A stretch of DNA of 64,000 bases from assembly GCF_001194135.2 (NCBI RefSeq), contig NC_068985.1:43142293-43206292 (forward strand). Direction: 5' to 3'. The notes beneath the pieces were generated by a model. The model saw nothing but the letters and a program-made list of their open reading frames with translations. It was not told the origin of the DNA and did no database searches. The stretch comes from Octopus bimaculoides (lineage: Eukaryota). Position numbers and translations under genes: made by a program. Below are positions 13,810 to 28,157 of the stretch, piece by piece (the stretch's first letter is position 1; the number at the start of each line of letters is the position of its first letter).

Positions 13810-14281
13810 CAATGATTCTCAATATCTTAAAACAATACCTCATCAGGTTTTGAAAAAACAAAAAGGAAACACACACACACAAACACAGTAGATTATTACA
13901 ATCAAACAGAAGCTAATTTAATACCATGGCTTATTATCTAGATACTTTATTACCTGTTATGTATCGTTTCTTAGATATTTGTAGGTTAGTACCCTGCTGT
14001 GTTAGATTTTTATGGAAATTACTAGAGGAGAAAAATTGCCTAACAAAATTATATTGGACTTGATGCATCAGTCATTTTCTATTCACATACATCACAATGT
14101 TCTCTGTATTTTATTCCCAGCAGAGATTCTTCTTGAAAATGTTTAAGAAACAGTGTACCTGGTTTAAATACTAAGAAAAATCACAACCCATCTAAAACCC
14201 AGCACCCCACCCTCCATAGTGCTCCCTTATGTCTTTACAACACTCCAATGGAGGAACTGTTACCCAGGTTAAGAACCACTG
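13810..14281. mobile_element. hAT (Charlie-like) non-autonomous element
   Basis: Ends CAATGATTCTCAA and TTAAGAACCACTG (rc CAGTGGTTCTTAA). 8-bp flanks CTCTAGAT / CTCTAAAT match 7/8 and fit the NTCTAGAN target preference. Confidence 0.7.
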
Positions 14282-17200
14282 CTCTAAATCACATCTATAA
14301 CAAACAGGACACTATTCTTTATCATAAAAAGACCTAACATAATGTACTTGTAGTGTAAAAAAATGTCACACAATGGAAAGAAAGCAATAAAAGCATGTGT
14401 AGATAGAGAGAGGGAGGGAGAGAGAAATTAAAACAAATACCACAGGAACATTCACACACATGACAATCAGGTGCATGTGAAAGGATAGGGTTGTGCATGA
14501 GTGCACACCATAAGCATTTGTGTGCACGCACATGCCAGCAGTGTTTTGTCGACTTTCTCTACCTGATGATTTAGCACATGCATCCTAGAGCAAATCATTG
14601 TTGTGAATGAACATTTATCTATCCTATTATTTATATGTTCCTAACTTCCTTTGTTAAATGAATGAAATGGTATGTCCAAGTTACAGGGTTTTTCCAACTA
14701 TCTATATGCTAATTACCATTTTCCTAACTTCATAAAAGATGTGTAATAATATAACCTGGACACAGGTGTTACCAACCATATCAAATAATTCTTTAATTAT
14801 CTTATTACCAAAACAGAGTTTGGTGTGTTACAGAATACAATGATCATAGAGCACAACAGCAAATTGAATAGAGAGGCAGAGAAGACACAGGGAAAGATTG
14901 AGGAAAGGGTGAAGAGAAGAAATAAGAGTGAGAAATAAAGAGAGGAAAACCAGGAATGATGAAAAGCATTACTTAAAGAAGAATGAAATTAATGCAAGAA
15001 ATGGTGACAGAATGTGTCGTATGATGAACAATGAAGCTGGAACTAATAGGGTAAGAATGAGAAAGAATGAAGAAAGAAGACAAAATCATCATTATCATCA
15101 CCCTTTAACATGTTTTCCATGCTTGCAAGCAGGGGAGCTGCACCAGATTCCAGTCTGATTTGGCTTGATCACTATGGCCATATGCCCTTCTTAATGCCAA
15201 CCACTTTAAAGTGTGTACTGGGTGCTTTTAACATGGCACCAGCATGAGCATTTTTCATGTGGAACCAGCACAGGACTATTGCAGGCCAATTCTCTCTACC
15301 AGGGGATGAAGCCTCAACACTTCTGCTGCGGAGGACAGGTCTTCTTGGGTACAGCAAGGCACCAAGTATCTCGGTCCTTTGTCAGAAAATCACCAGCAGG
15401 AAGATAAATCCCTGCCATCTCCAGCACTGAGACCACCAGATCATGTGATTCTGACCTACCTTGGGTTTATCAATGATGGACATTCAACTGCTATTCTGCA
15501 CAAGCCAGAACGAGAAAATATGGTCAAAGAGAATAGACAAGATTTCCTAAAGATTACCAAGGAAATAACAGAATATTATTACTAAGTGGGAAAATATTTA
15601 TGCCCAACACTGCACCACAAAATAGGCCATAGAATTTTCTTATGTACAAAATACACTCCTTAAATTTGCACTGACTTTACTATAAACTTTATGTTGCCCA
15701 CACTGTCAAAACCATTTCAAGACCAGAATTTTTTCTTCTTCTCCAGACTTAAGGAATATCTCGGTATTTTAAACAACTCTTTAGTTGTCTGAAGATTCCT
15801 ATCTTTCATCAACAGAAAGTGTGCACAAGAAATACATCTTCATCTGCAAAATCCTTTCTCTCACTTGATATTTCATCAAATTTATTACATTAAGCACAAG
15901 GATGATTTTCATTTGTGTTACTGAAATACATAGATGCTTCTGTAGCTATTTTATTAAATGTGATGTGCTGTGGTTTTCAGTTTTTGTTTCCGTCCTCTAA
16001 TAAAAAAAAAAAGCAATATGCTATTTCTTAAGTCAAAGAACAAGGTTTTTCTCAGTATTGAAATGTGAGTATAATAGAGAAAATCTCAGGCATCATTTGC
16101 AATTAAAGATAATGTGGTATCAGCATGTATCAAGCTTTTGCTAATGGTTTCACATGCTCATGTAGTTGAGAGCAGACACACATGCACTCTTGATGTTACT
16201 GACTAGTCCCTTCCACAAAAGTTTAGGTCTTGTACCTTTAGTAGAAAGGATTATTAAACACTTTTCCAGTTATCAAAGCTACATGCATAAGATCACAATT
16301 AAGGAAGTAAAGAAACTACCGTGCCATAAGAAGCAACATCACACTGTACATACATCTAAAACAGTAAGAATAAAAATTTTTAAAATCCCATCACCTATAA
16401 ATGTTTTTAGCAATTTCTACCAAAAATCACAAACTCATACCTAGCCTATAAAAATACAGTGAATTAAAAACAAAAATGAAAGCTTAATCCAGAGTTTCTC
16501 CACTAGCTAGAGGCTGAAATATTCTATTAAAAATATGTACTAACCTTACCAACATCAGGGCCTTTAAATCTCCCACAGAATATTACATGGCTTCTTTAAC
16601 CAAAATATTCATAATGCCTTATTATAAACATTAGCAAAAAGCTCAACTTTGCCCTCCATATCATCTTAAAAATATAACTACATCTCTACATAACTCCAAA
16701 ATATCAATCAATCTCAATCTTGTGGTGGTAGGGCTTGTAAAAGACAGATGAGGAGGAATGGCTCTAACCAAGACATTCCTAAGAGTCATTCACGCTCAAA
16801 AAACCTCTCAACCTCTACATTGTAAATAATGTACCCACACCAAGCTATTCTGATAACATAACCACACATTAAAAAAGCATCATTTTATGTCTACTTTCCA
16901 TGCTGGTATGGGTAAGACACTGTAATGGTCTCCTCTGTTAGGTTTGTATATTTTATTTTGGCATGGCTTCTATAACTGAGTGCCTTTAATACCAACCATT
17001 TTACAAAGTACTGAGAGCAGTTTATCATGACACAATGAGAAGTTGCCTTCTCCTCAATAAGGCAATCCTATGTTGTCTGTCATTCACCAATCACTTTACA
17101 GAGTACTGGGTGTATTTTATCATGGCACCAACTCTTGTGCAGTTACTTTGTGCTCTGCAGAACAAAAATGTGGTCTTCTCTAGATTTTCTGTTTGGAGCG

Positions 17201-20200
17201 ATGTGAGTAACAATTAGGACAGATGAGCCTAATTGGGAGAGGAGAGAGAAAAGAGAGAATAGGGAGACACAGTGATCAAGTGACAGTGTAAAGGCAGAAA
17301 TAGGAATGAAGAAGGACGAGTAGAAGGATGTAATAAGCAACAGTAATTGGTAGTGGAAGAGAGAGTAAGTGGTGGATAGTTGGAGAAACAGATTGTCAAT
17401 ATCTCAAAGCAACACAAGAGAAAACCTTTCTTTTCATATCCAACATTACCTTCAATACTATCATCATCCCATACAGAGGACATAACTGAAGCTAAAAGAC
17501 ACATACACGGTCTCAACATTCAGCCAAGATAAAAACAAGCCATGAACATGCCAATCTTGCCTGAATCTTCAACTTTTCAGTTGCAAACAACTATTTTACA
17601 CTTTCACCCCATAACACACAAACAACTATACTCAAAGACTATTCACAAATTAAAACCACTCAGATACGACATTATACCCAAATACATTTCTAACCACTCT
17701 AAATCATTTAGGTATCAACAATCCTCAATCACAAAATGTCATCAATTGGATTAAATTATATTGGATTGTCAACATTAAGGCTACTGATTGAGGCATCACT
17801 TGAATAGTATCTCAAAGTCTTCAGTTGGTTACACAACCACACCTTATCTAATCAGCAATGATCTTAACTATGACCACCCCCTACCACTGTCTACTGTAAA
17901 CTGAAAATCTTCAAACTTTGGTTTAGTATCATGCATTATCTCCACTCTACTTCTATTACAACTAAACCAGATTCTGCTCTTCTAAATTTGTCACTGTCCC
18001 ATATCCATTAAAACCTACATTTTTCATCTATTTCTAGCTCCTGCCACCTATGCTACCCACCCACAAATATTACATTCTAACCACTTCAAACCCTAATAAT
18101 CTCTCAAATGTGTTCTCACTACAGAAAAAAACCCAAGACACTTCAAGAAACAATTTTATTACAACAATCTCTCAAGTTCTCTACTCTTTTAACTCCAAAT
18201 AATCTCACACACATCCTAATAATACCCTATCTTGGATATGGAACAACAATCTGTAATAAATCCACCATGTAATCATCACATGGAAAATATTTTTTTAAAT
18301 CACAGATATAAAACCCAGTAGTGTTATTCTCATAAAATTCTAGGCACTCTCTTCTAGTCTCTGTTGGTAACAGTGGAAATAAGAATGCCACTAATAGACT
18401 AACAATTTACATGTTTAATATAACAAGCCAAGACATAAATGATAAAAGTAAAAAATATTGATGAGGAGTTTTAAATCATGTTCTTGAAAAATAGAATGCA
18501 AGCTCACTCAGCCTTTGAGATGAAACAAGTCATTAAATGTTGCAACCATATTTCAGCATCTACAATTTTATTAGTTGAATTGAAATTAGAACCTTTTACT
18601 TTCGGAAAAGAGATCAATTTACCCTCAAAAATATCTTTAACAAACCATACCATGCTAATAGATGGAAAATTAGCAGCCAAATCACCTCCAACTCACACAT
18701 TCCCATCTTTAGAAAAGTGCACGTTCAGTAATGTATTTCTAGATACAAAATGGCTAGAATACCTTTGGTTAGAAAGTCTATTCAAATAGAGGTGACCTAA
18801 GGCTTGACAACAAATTCAATTATAACATACTTGACAAATCATTTGGCCTGACATTTTTAAACAGTAAATTTTTCACATCCCTATTGAGAGGCTATGAAGT
18901 GAGTGTGACTTGAATTATTAATCCATACTTATTTCACAATCAAATGTTTAATAAAAGAAAAGTCATCTATTGGAAAAACAATGGTTGCAACAATTCTTAC
19001 AAGCCAAATACATTCGAGCAGAAAAGGATGTAAAGAAGAACATGTTTTAAATCCTGCATGTTAACAATTTTTGTGAATATTGGCTCCAAGAAAATAAGTT
19101 GCAACAAAGGAAATCAAATACTTTTCTCTACTGAAAGTAATTTCCATGGGATTTGATTTCAAAACAGATTTGTCAATTATGGTGTCACCATTATTAACTA
19201 CAAGTATCAATAGTTTCGCATATTTGGTCAACTGGTCATTCATGAGGTTTAATTTAGATCATTATATCTCTAATGAGGTCTCTCAGATTAATTTCACCTT
19301 TTTATTTTAAAGTAAAAATATAAATTATTTCATAACTAAATAGTAAGAAATATGTCCTCTTTGTATTCATAAAGATAAATATTGCTCTCTGGGTATGACA
19401 AAATTTTATATGTAAGCATTCAAGTAGTAAAGAACATGGTGGCAGTGGTGGTTGTAATAGTCTTTAAAGCAACAGATATTTGATGGGAGTTCTAGTTGTT
19501 TTATTATCAAGTCCAATAACCAAAAAGAGTGTTTGACTGATCATATAATAACTTTAGCAAAAACTTTCTGCCTATAACAACAACAACAATCATTAAGTTC
19601 TCGCTAATGATAATGAAACAACACAAATAGTATCAGTCAGATTAGTGGAAGTCGTCAGATCTGTACTCACAGATTTCCAAAGCTATCAATCAATTATTTA
19701 TCTATGCCATCTCCTCCTCAACATATTTACAAGGATTACATGGAACATTTTCAAAGTTCAGATACAAAAACTGTACACTTGTAAGAAGAAAAGGAACTGA
19801 GACTAATTGTCTTTATGGTAGAAAATACAGAAAATTTGTGGCGCAACTCTTATTAGAGAAAAATTTCAAAACTGTGCAAAAACATCAGTTTTCTTCTAAG
19901 TGCTTGAGAAGCTTAATATATAAATTAATATGAGATTAGATTACACATACGCAGGCTTGATCAATAATGTAAATATAAAACATTCATTATACACTTGGTC
20001 CTTCATGATTAGCTGTATTAGGCATTTTTCAGCTACATATATTGCATAAACAAAACTTATCAATACATGAAACTAATGAATATCATTTCTATCATCTGAT
20101 TAATTTAAGGAACAATCAAATATGCAAAGTTGTGTTTCTTACCATCCTGTCCTAATAATTTTTAATTTGACTACTGTTACTATGTCAATTTACCATAGAC

Positions 20201-21053
20201 AAAAAATTTCAGAATAGTCAATTCCATTTTTTACTGAGTGGATTGGCTTTTTTATTTTTAAATTTCATTTGTAATTTGCTGTCTCTAATTTAGGCACAAT
20301 GCCAATAATTTTGAGAAGTTAATTACATTGACCCCAGTATTAAATTGGTATTTTATTTTATTGACCCCAGATGGATGAAAGGCCAAAGTGACCTCAACAA
20401 GATCTGAACTTAGAGCTGGACCAAATACCTCAAAGGCATCCTACCCATTGCTCTAACTTGCTAATCAATAATCTAGTATATAATAAAATATCTAAGCACA
20501 ATAATAAAATCTATTTCAGCAAATAAGGTTGATATAAATTTTGAGTCAACTCATTTTAGAATGCTTACTTATATATAATGAAGAAAACAAATAGTATTTT
20601 CAGACATATTACAGGTACTATTACACTTGAAAAAATGTTAAACTTCCACATTAGTCTATGGTACAATAATTAGGATAATAAACAAGCTGCATTTGGAATT
20701 TGACACGAAAAAAAGAAATAATACTAAATAGTAAGTACAGATAACCAATAGCAACAAGAACGAATGGATATTTTTGAATTATATTCAGTCTGTGATGAAA
20801 TCAACTTCGCTACCAAATTTTTACCATTCCTTCACATTTAAACCATTAAAAGCACACACATACAACCACCACCACCACCAACATTCACAAAATTTGTTAT
20901 GAACAAGTGAATACTAATAGTCTGAACAGAAGGCCTTTTTGAAGGAACAACAAAGTGTATTGGAAGGCCTTTCAGTAATGTTCTTTATGAAAGGGACCTA
21001 GCTTAAATGTTAGAATTCATCTCAACAAATATTGACAATTCATAAATATTTAA

Positions 21054-21272
21054 CATGGTAGCATCCAGATTAGTCTGTAAAATGAGTGCTTATTTATTCA
21101 TCTTGTTTTGAATTAATTATGCAGTATCTCATGACTTTGAGATTTCAATGATGTGAGCATATATTTTTTTAAAATGACATTGTAGGGTAGGTACAAGAGG
21201 CTGCATATGGCTGGTTCAAACATAAAACAGGTATATTTGGGGCCAGATATGGCCAGTTTAAATGCTCAAGGG
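21054..21272. mobile_element. piggyBac-type MITE, copy 3
   Basis: TTAA-flanked. Right end GATATGGCCAGTTTAAATGCTCAAGGG|TTAA; internal AAAATGACATTGTAGGGTAGGT. Confidence 0.8.
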
Positions 21273-21741
21273 TTAAACTGTCTTTTGTCAATGCAGACCA
21301 ACACTAGTTTCCTCAATTAAGGTTTTTTTTAATCTTAGCTACAATGAAATAGTTTTCAATAAAACACCTTCAAGACATCTAAAATCTTTGCCATTTATAT
21401 ACATACACAACACTGAGTTCATGTGTGTTATTTTACCAAGTAAAATAGTTCATGGATTTTATATATTTCTCAGTAGGGCACTCTAGAAGCATTCTTAATA
21501 CCTCCTAAAACAAAATTTTTTTCCAGTTATAAATAAAAGCATACATTTTATTCCCTTTGTTTATCCCAGGTTACTTTATATATTTACTCCTCACGGCCAA
21601 TAAACTACAACTTACAATATGATAAAATAACAAGAATCTATTACCAACAATAACTAAAGAAACAGTTGTCAAAACATCCTGTTACACAAAGCAAACATCC
21701 AGATTTTCTTTATAAGGTATATTAAATGTACCTTCCATTCA

Positions 21742-23616
21742 ATGTTGGATCAGGTAATGAAAGTCACAGAGACGGTCATAGCCCAACTAATTAGGGAGAG
21801 AGTCAGTTTCGATGAGATGCAGTTTGGGTTCATGCCAGGGAAAAGCACCACTGTTGCTATATTTCTGGTAAGACAGCTACAAGAGAAATCCCTAGCCAAA
21901 GATAAACCTCTGTACCTGGCTTTCGTTGACATGGAGAAAGCTTTTGACAGGGTCCCCCGATCCCTTAATCTGGTGGTCAATGAGGAAACTAGGGATAGAT
22001 GAATGGTTAATGAGAACTGTGCGTGCCATGTACAGGGACGCTGTCAGTAAGGTGAGGGTTGGCAATGAGTACAGTGAAGAATTCCGGGTGGAGTTAGGGA
22101 TCCACCAAGGATCAGTCATCAAAGCCCTCTTATTCATCATAGTCCTCCAGGCAATAACAGAGGAATTCAGACAGGATGCCCCTGGGAGCTCCTCTATGTT
22201 GATGACCTTGCTCTAATTGCTGAGTCACTATCAGAACTAGAGAAGTTTCAGGTGTGGAAGCAAGGATTAGAATCAAAGGGCCTTAGAGCCAACCTAGCTA
22301 AAACCAAAGTCCTAATAAGTAGAAAGGCAGACAAACCACAAACAACTTCACATAGATGGCCCTGCTCAATCTGTAGGAAAGGCGTAGGTAGAAACTCTAT
22401 AATATGTACCCAGTGTAAGCTATGGACACATAAGAGGTGCAGCAATATCAAAGGAAGGCTAACTAGGAAGATAGTTTTTGTATGTAGCAGATGCTCAGGA
22501 GCAATAAACACTGAAAATGTGCAGAGAACAGCTTCCACCACATTTCAGGGAGAAAAACTACAAGTAGTTGACAGCTTCTGCTACCTAGGTGACCAAGTTA
22601 GTAGCGGGGGTGGGTGCTCTGAAAGTGTAGCTGCTAGAATAAGAATAGCCTGGGCAAAGTTCAGAGAGCTCCTACTCTGCTGGTGATAAAGGGCCTCTCA
22701 CTCAGAGTAAAAGGCAGACTGTATGATGCTTGTGTACGAACAGCCATGCTACATGGCAGTGAAACATGGGCTGTGACTACTGAGGACATGCATAAGCTTG
22801 CAAGGAATGAAGCCAGTATGCTCCGATGAATGTGTAATGTCAGTGTGCATACTAGACAGAGTATAAGTGCCTTGAGAGAAAAGTTGAACCTAAGAAGCAT
22901 CAGATGTGGTGTGCAAGAGAGAAGACTGCGCTGGTATGGTCATGTGTTGCGAATGAATGAGGACAGCTGTGTGAAAAAGTGTCACACCCTAGCAGTCGAG
23001 GGAAACTGTGGAAGAGGAAGACCTGGGATGAGGTGGTGAAGCACGATCTTCGAACATTAGGCCTCACCAAGTCAATGACTAGTGACCGAGACCTTTGGAA
23101 ATATGATGTGCTTGAAAAGACCCGGCAGGCCAAGTAAGACCATAACCTGTGGCCTATGCCAGTGGTGTAACCAGCCCATTTGGGCGTACCTTTGCTTCAT
23201 TGGACACTAAACTATGCTTGTGAAGACCTGTTGAGGCAAGTGAAATCGGAATCGAATTCGATGACAGCACCGCATGACTGGCATCTATGATAGTGGAGCG
23301 CTAAGAGCACCATCCGAGCGTGACCGTGGCCAGGGCTGCTGCGTAGCCTTACTGGCACTTGTGTCGGTGGTACGTGGAAAACACCATTTGAGCGTGACCG
23401 TTGCCAGTACCGCCTGACAGGCCCACGTGCCGGTGGCAAGTAAAAGCACCCACTACACTCTCAGAGTGGTTGGCGTTAGGAAGAGCATCCAGCTGTAGAA
23501 ACTCTGCCAGATCAGATTGGAGCCTGGTGCAGCCATCTGGCTCACTAGTACCCAGTCAAACCATCCAACCCATGCCAACATGGAAAGCAGACGTTAAACA
23601 ATGATGATGATGATGA
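21742..23616 (+). mobile_element. 5'-truncated, frameshifted RTE-clade LINE (ORF2 RT to 3' end, with 3'UTR and (GAT)n tail)
   Basis: QFGFMPGKSTTVAIF..LYLAFVDMEKAFDRVP, GIHQGSV, CPWELLYVDDL, ANLAKTKVL, VDSFCYLG, AMLHGSETW and RRLRWYGHVLR across several frames with frameshifts and a stop. Ends ...GGAAAGCAGACGTTAAACAATGATGATGATGATGA. Confidence 0.93.
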
Positions 23617-24664
23617 CAAGATATATATATAGTGGTCAAAGAGCATATTAAGATGAATCACAGAATACTGCCAGTGAATAAACACTTTTACATAAATGGT
23701 GCCTGTGCATGTGTATACACACATACACATTAGTCATCCAATACGCTATTTATTGATCAAACACAAATTTTTACTCAGTTATCTAATCTACAACTTGGTC
23801 GTGTTAAATCACTTGCCAAATAAGAACACGGATATGATTTAAAGCCAACCACACAATGGTTTCACACCAATATGTACCAATAGTAGCAATCCTCAGTTGC
23901 AATGTGAAGCCACTTACACAAAGAACACTACATAGATTAACATAGGCAATCAGTTACACACATATCATCATTTAAACATTTATGGACAGATGCGCTTCCT
24001 GTCACTGACCCTCACCTTTTTCCAAGCAAGGTAATATTTTGCACTATTCCCAGAAACATTAACAGCTTGATGGCTAGACAGGTTTTTCACCAAAGATTGT
24101 AGAAAAATGGATTTGTCTTCTATGAAAAGTGACTTTATTTACAACTAGCGTAAATGCCGCACTCCATGTGAACCTCTCAGCAAGCTCCTGCAGAGGGCTA
24201 TTTGGGGCTGTGGCCCAAAATTAAAAAGAACTAAATAGCATGACTATAATACATCTATGACTATATGCCCTAGTAGTGTTTGATCAGAGGTTAAGGACAG
24301 GTGAGAATTAATTCTGTAATCATTCTATTGTTCCTGTCCCAAAGTTCTTATCTCAATGTAAAATTAATGAAGTGAATGTCATTTATCTCCCCCTCGATCT
24401 CTGACATCATCTACCAAGCTTTACCTGCTAGAAATAGCAACCCAAATGCTTGTAAATCTGATCCCAATGCTGGATGTTCAAGAACCAAATGAAGGGCAGA
24501 TTTTCAATTCCAGGATCATTCTGGTTCCAAAAGGTATATGTCTATGTAGAGCAAATGTAGACTGAGATACAGGGGTCCAGACAGAGACAGAATTTTACCT
24601 TTATTAATATAGTGTAAATATTAAAAAGAGGAGATATAAAGAAAACCACACACAAATATGCATA

Positions 24665-24986
24665 ACTGGCACTCTGTTAGTTACAATGACAAGGATTCCA
24701 GTTGATCCGATCAATGGAACAGCCTGCTCATGAAGTTAACGTGCAAGTGGCTGAGCACTCTACAGACGCGTACCCTTAACTTAGTTCTCAGTGAGATTCA
24801 GCATGACAGAGATTGTGACAAGGCCAGCCCTTTAATATACAGGTACTACTCATTTTTGCCAGCTGAGTGGACAGGAGCAACATGAAATAAAGTGTCTTGC
24901 TCAAGGACAATACATCACTGGTAATTGAACTCATGACCTTATGATTGTGAGCCAAATACCATAACCACTAGGCCACGCACCTTCAC
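24665..24986 (-). mobile_element. tRNA-derived SINE with CORE-like central segment
   Basis: Minus strand head GAAGGTGCGTGGCCTAGTGGTTA..GAGTTCAATTACC, centre TGTCCTTGAGCAAGACACTT. The 3' half is shared with the SINE at 28956. Confidence 0.8.
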
Positions 24987-25096
24987 ACATATATATATAT
25001 ATATATTTCGTGTGCAAGATTCTTGATGTGGATACGTGTGTTGAAAGAAAGTGCGTGTGTTTATTACCGGCATAATGCCTCTCCCAAGGTTTAATC

Positions 25097-25133
<37 letters not shown>

Positions 25134-26982
25134 CACATACACACACACATACATACAACAAGCTTCTTTAAACTTTCTGTAACATGTGAAGCCTACATTT
25201 GCTGTTCCATCACCTTGGATCCTCGAGACTCAGCTCCATCTATCTATTGCCCTTTCACCTGGTTATCCTGCCATGTGCCAGCTCCCCACCACTTATGTTG
25301 CTCACATCATCACTAACTCCCTTTCCCATTACTATGCCTATGTATTAGAGACTGCATCAAATCACTTACTCCATACCCAATTCACTAACTTTACCTTTCT
25401 ATACTACCAACCATCACCCTTGCTGCTCTGGACTACTTCAGTTGTTACCCATCATCATCTCTTTGGCCACCTGAGCAAATAAACAAGTCCTAGGTTATTG
25501 TATGCTCTCTATACTTACTCTTGTTTTCCCCACCTTTCAGTCATCAATTTGTAGCATATCTGCCACCATTGCTTTATCTTCTATTCTCCTCTAACATGTC
25601 TTATGGTACAGAGTACTCTCTGCATTTTGGTACCTTCAAGAAAATAATGTATGGATTTTTGTGCAAACATTCATTGACCAAAAAATATTTTATAATCATC
25701 ATCATTTGCTGTCCGTTTCTATACTAGCATGGGCTGGACAGGTCAAAGTTATCTCTTCTTCTAGGCTGGTGCCAGAACCCCACCGCCAACATATCTACAG
25801 CAATTGGTGAATGAGACAACCTCTCTAGTGCTGGTATGCACCCAGCACACACTGAGAAGTGGTTGGCAAATGAGCAGAGAAAGCATAGGGTTGTGATGTC
25901 CCTTTAATTTTGTCTCACTCAGAACTACTCAACCTCTTGAATAATGGTGCCATAAGAAAATGCATCTAGTACACTATGTAAAACAGCTGGCATTTAGCTG
26001 TAGCAACCAAGTCAAATGACAAGAGCAGTAGTCTATAGAAGCAGCAGCTTCCAATGAAAAATGATTCAGACATAATGACCTGTCCAAACCAGACAGCAAA
26101 TGATGATGATTACAAAATATCATTTTTAGGTCACTGAATGTTTACACAAAAATCCAAACAACATTATTTTCTTTTTAAAGATACCGAAACATAAGATACC
26201 ATTTTTTATCAATTCACCTGCAAAAGTCATTAATATCACAAAATTTGATTTAAATGAAAATTTTCTCTTTTTATTCTAACGAAAAAGTTGTTTACTAGCA
26301 AATGAAAAACAGCCTATGGTATTTCCCAGAAAAACTAACATCTCTGTGATAACATATTCATTAATTTACTATTGTGCTATAACCCAGTCCAATAATCAGA
26401 TTTTAAAATAGAAGTTAGTTCACTTTTTATTTAGCTTGTCAGGTTTAAATGTAGGATTATTGTAAAACAGCTGATAATGCAATTAGGAAATTGTGGGTAA
26501 GGTCTGCAATATTAGTTAGTTGCTAACTATACAACAATGATGCAAGTACATTATTTTTATGGGCAGGGCATCTGACTGCTGAACACTTAGACTAAGCACT
26601 GCCCCAGAGTATCTTTTCTACTCTTGATGGTCATTGTTTTAAATTACTTTCCAATATTATGAAATTATTACGTTAATGACAGTTTTAAGGTTCAAATCTT
26701 ACGGACCTTGTAAGAGTTTCATAAATGCTAGATACGAGATAAAAGTTGTTTGAGGAAATGCAAATATTTCTTGTTCCCACAAAATCTAAACACACATACA
26801 CCCTTGTTGATAATCTCATTCTTTCAAAACCCATGCACGATCTTCTCTATATCAAGACTAACACAAAGCCATTATCAAAACATTGTTTCAACCAAATAGC
26901 TGTGAATAACACTAAAATAGAATTGAAAATTCCAATTTAGCAATTTTATTGAAATTTATAAAACTGTTTTGTAAGGATTTTC

Positions 26983-27224
26983 GAGCGAGATCGTTGCCAG
27001 TGCCCCTGGACTAGCTCTTGTGCAGGTGGCACATAAAATACACCATTTTGAGCGTGGCCGTTGCCAGTACCGCCTGACTGGCCTTCGTGCCGGTGGCGCG
27101 TAAAAGCACCCACTACACTGAGTGGTTGGCGTTAGGAAGGGCATCCAGCTGTAGAAACTCTGCCAAATCAGATTGGAGCCTGGTGTAGCCGTCTGGTTTC
27201 ACCAGTCCTCAGTCAAATCATCCA
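26983..27224 (+). mobile_element. RTE 3'UTR fragment, CpG-retaining (relatively young)
   Basis: Close match by eye to ~23310-23560 (GAGCGTGGCCGTTGCCAGTACCGCCTGAC...GGCGTTAGGAAGGGCATCCAGCTGTAGAAACTCTGCC). Confidence 0.85.
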
Positions 27225-28125
27225 TGTTTTTAATTTGTAGCTTTACCTAAGCAACTTTTTCTGAAAAACTTGAGAAATTGCTGAACTTATTTTCAGTAAC
27301 ATTGACCAAAAGGTAAAACAAGAGTCATCAACAATCACTCCCAATATATTGCTATTTAATTCTTTAAGAAAAAAAACCCAAATTAGTCTACAAAATACAT
27401 TTACTCCTTTGTTTTTGTTATACCTTTTTTCTTGTTAGCATAAATGGGATTTTGATCACTTTGCACCATTCTGCTTACCTTTAAGTAGTAGTTAAACCTA
27501 AGTCAGATCGAAGCTAAAACAGCTGTGTGTCCTACCCAGAGGCACAACAATGTCTGCGTTTCAATTCAAATTCACGACAAGGTCAGAAGTCTATTGATAT
27601 CTTATAAACACCAATAAAAATATAAACATACTTAAAAATATTTTAAGACTTAGTACAAACAACAGAAAATGTTTCACAAAAGTTTAGTTTTCATAAAAGT
27701 CTAAAAACAGAAAAATATTTCAAACATTGAAGCTTTTCAACCAACAATAAAATAAATACACTTGATATTTCACAGCAATCTAATGTAATAACCTAAATAA
27801 ATACAAACAAAACAATTCAAATCATCTAACTTAATTTTGTCACTAATAATTGCAACTGGAAGACTAAGAAAAAAATGTAGTTACAAGAAGAAATTTGATC
27901 TAATGTTTCAGACCATGTTCTCCTCTGAAGAAAGAGTAGTTGTCCTCAGTCCATGCACTCTCTCACTCAGACCAAAGAGAAAATTACTTCTCTCTGAAGG
28001 CTTAGTCTGAAATGCGAGAACATCCAACAGCATAGGAACTTAAAACAACTTCATTACTTTACTAATAAAAGCAATTTTTGCTAAAGCAGTCATCCACTAG
28101 TTTCTCTGGCTTCTAGGTTTCTTTC

Positions 28126-28157
<32 letters not shown>

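Noticed and set aside
15280-15500. Possible L1/Tx1 endonuclease fragment (also ~45850-46070) and possible Penelope fragment (~46500-46650)
   Set aside because: GC-richer than the flanks with only faint motif resemblance; cannot be supported without a profile search.
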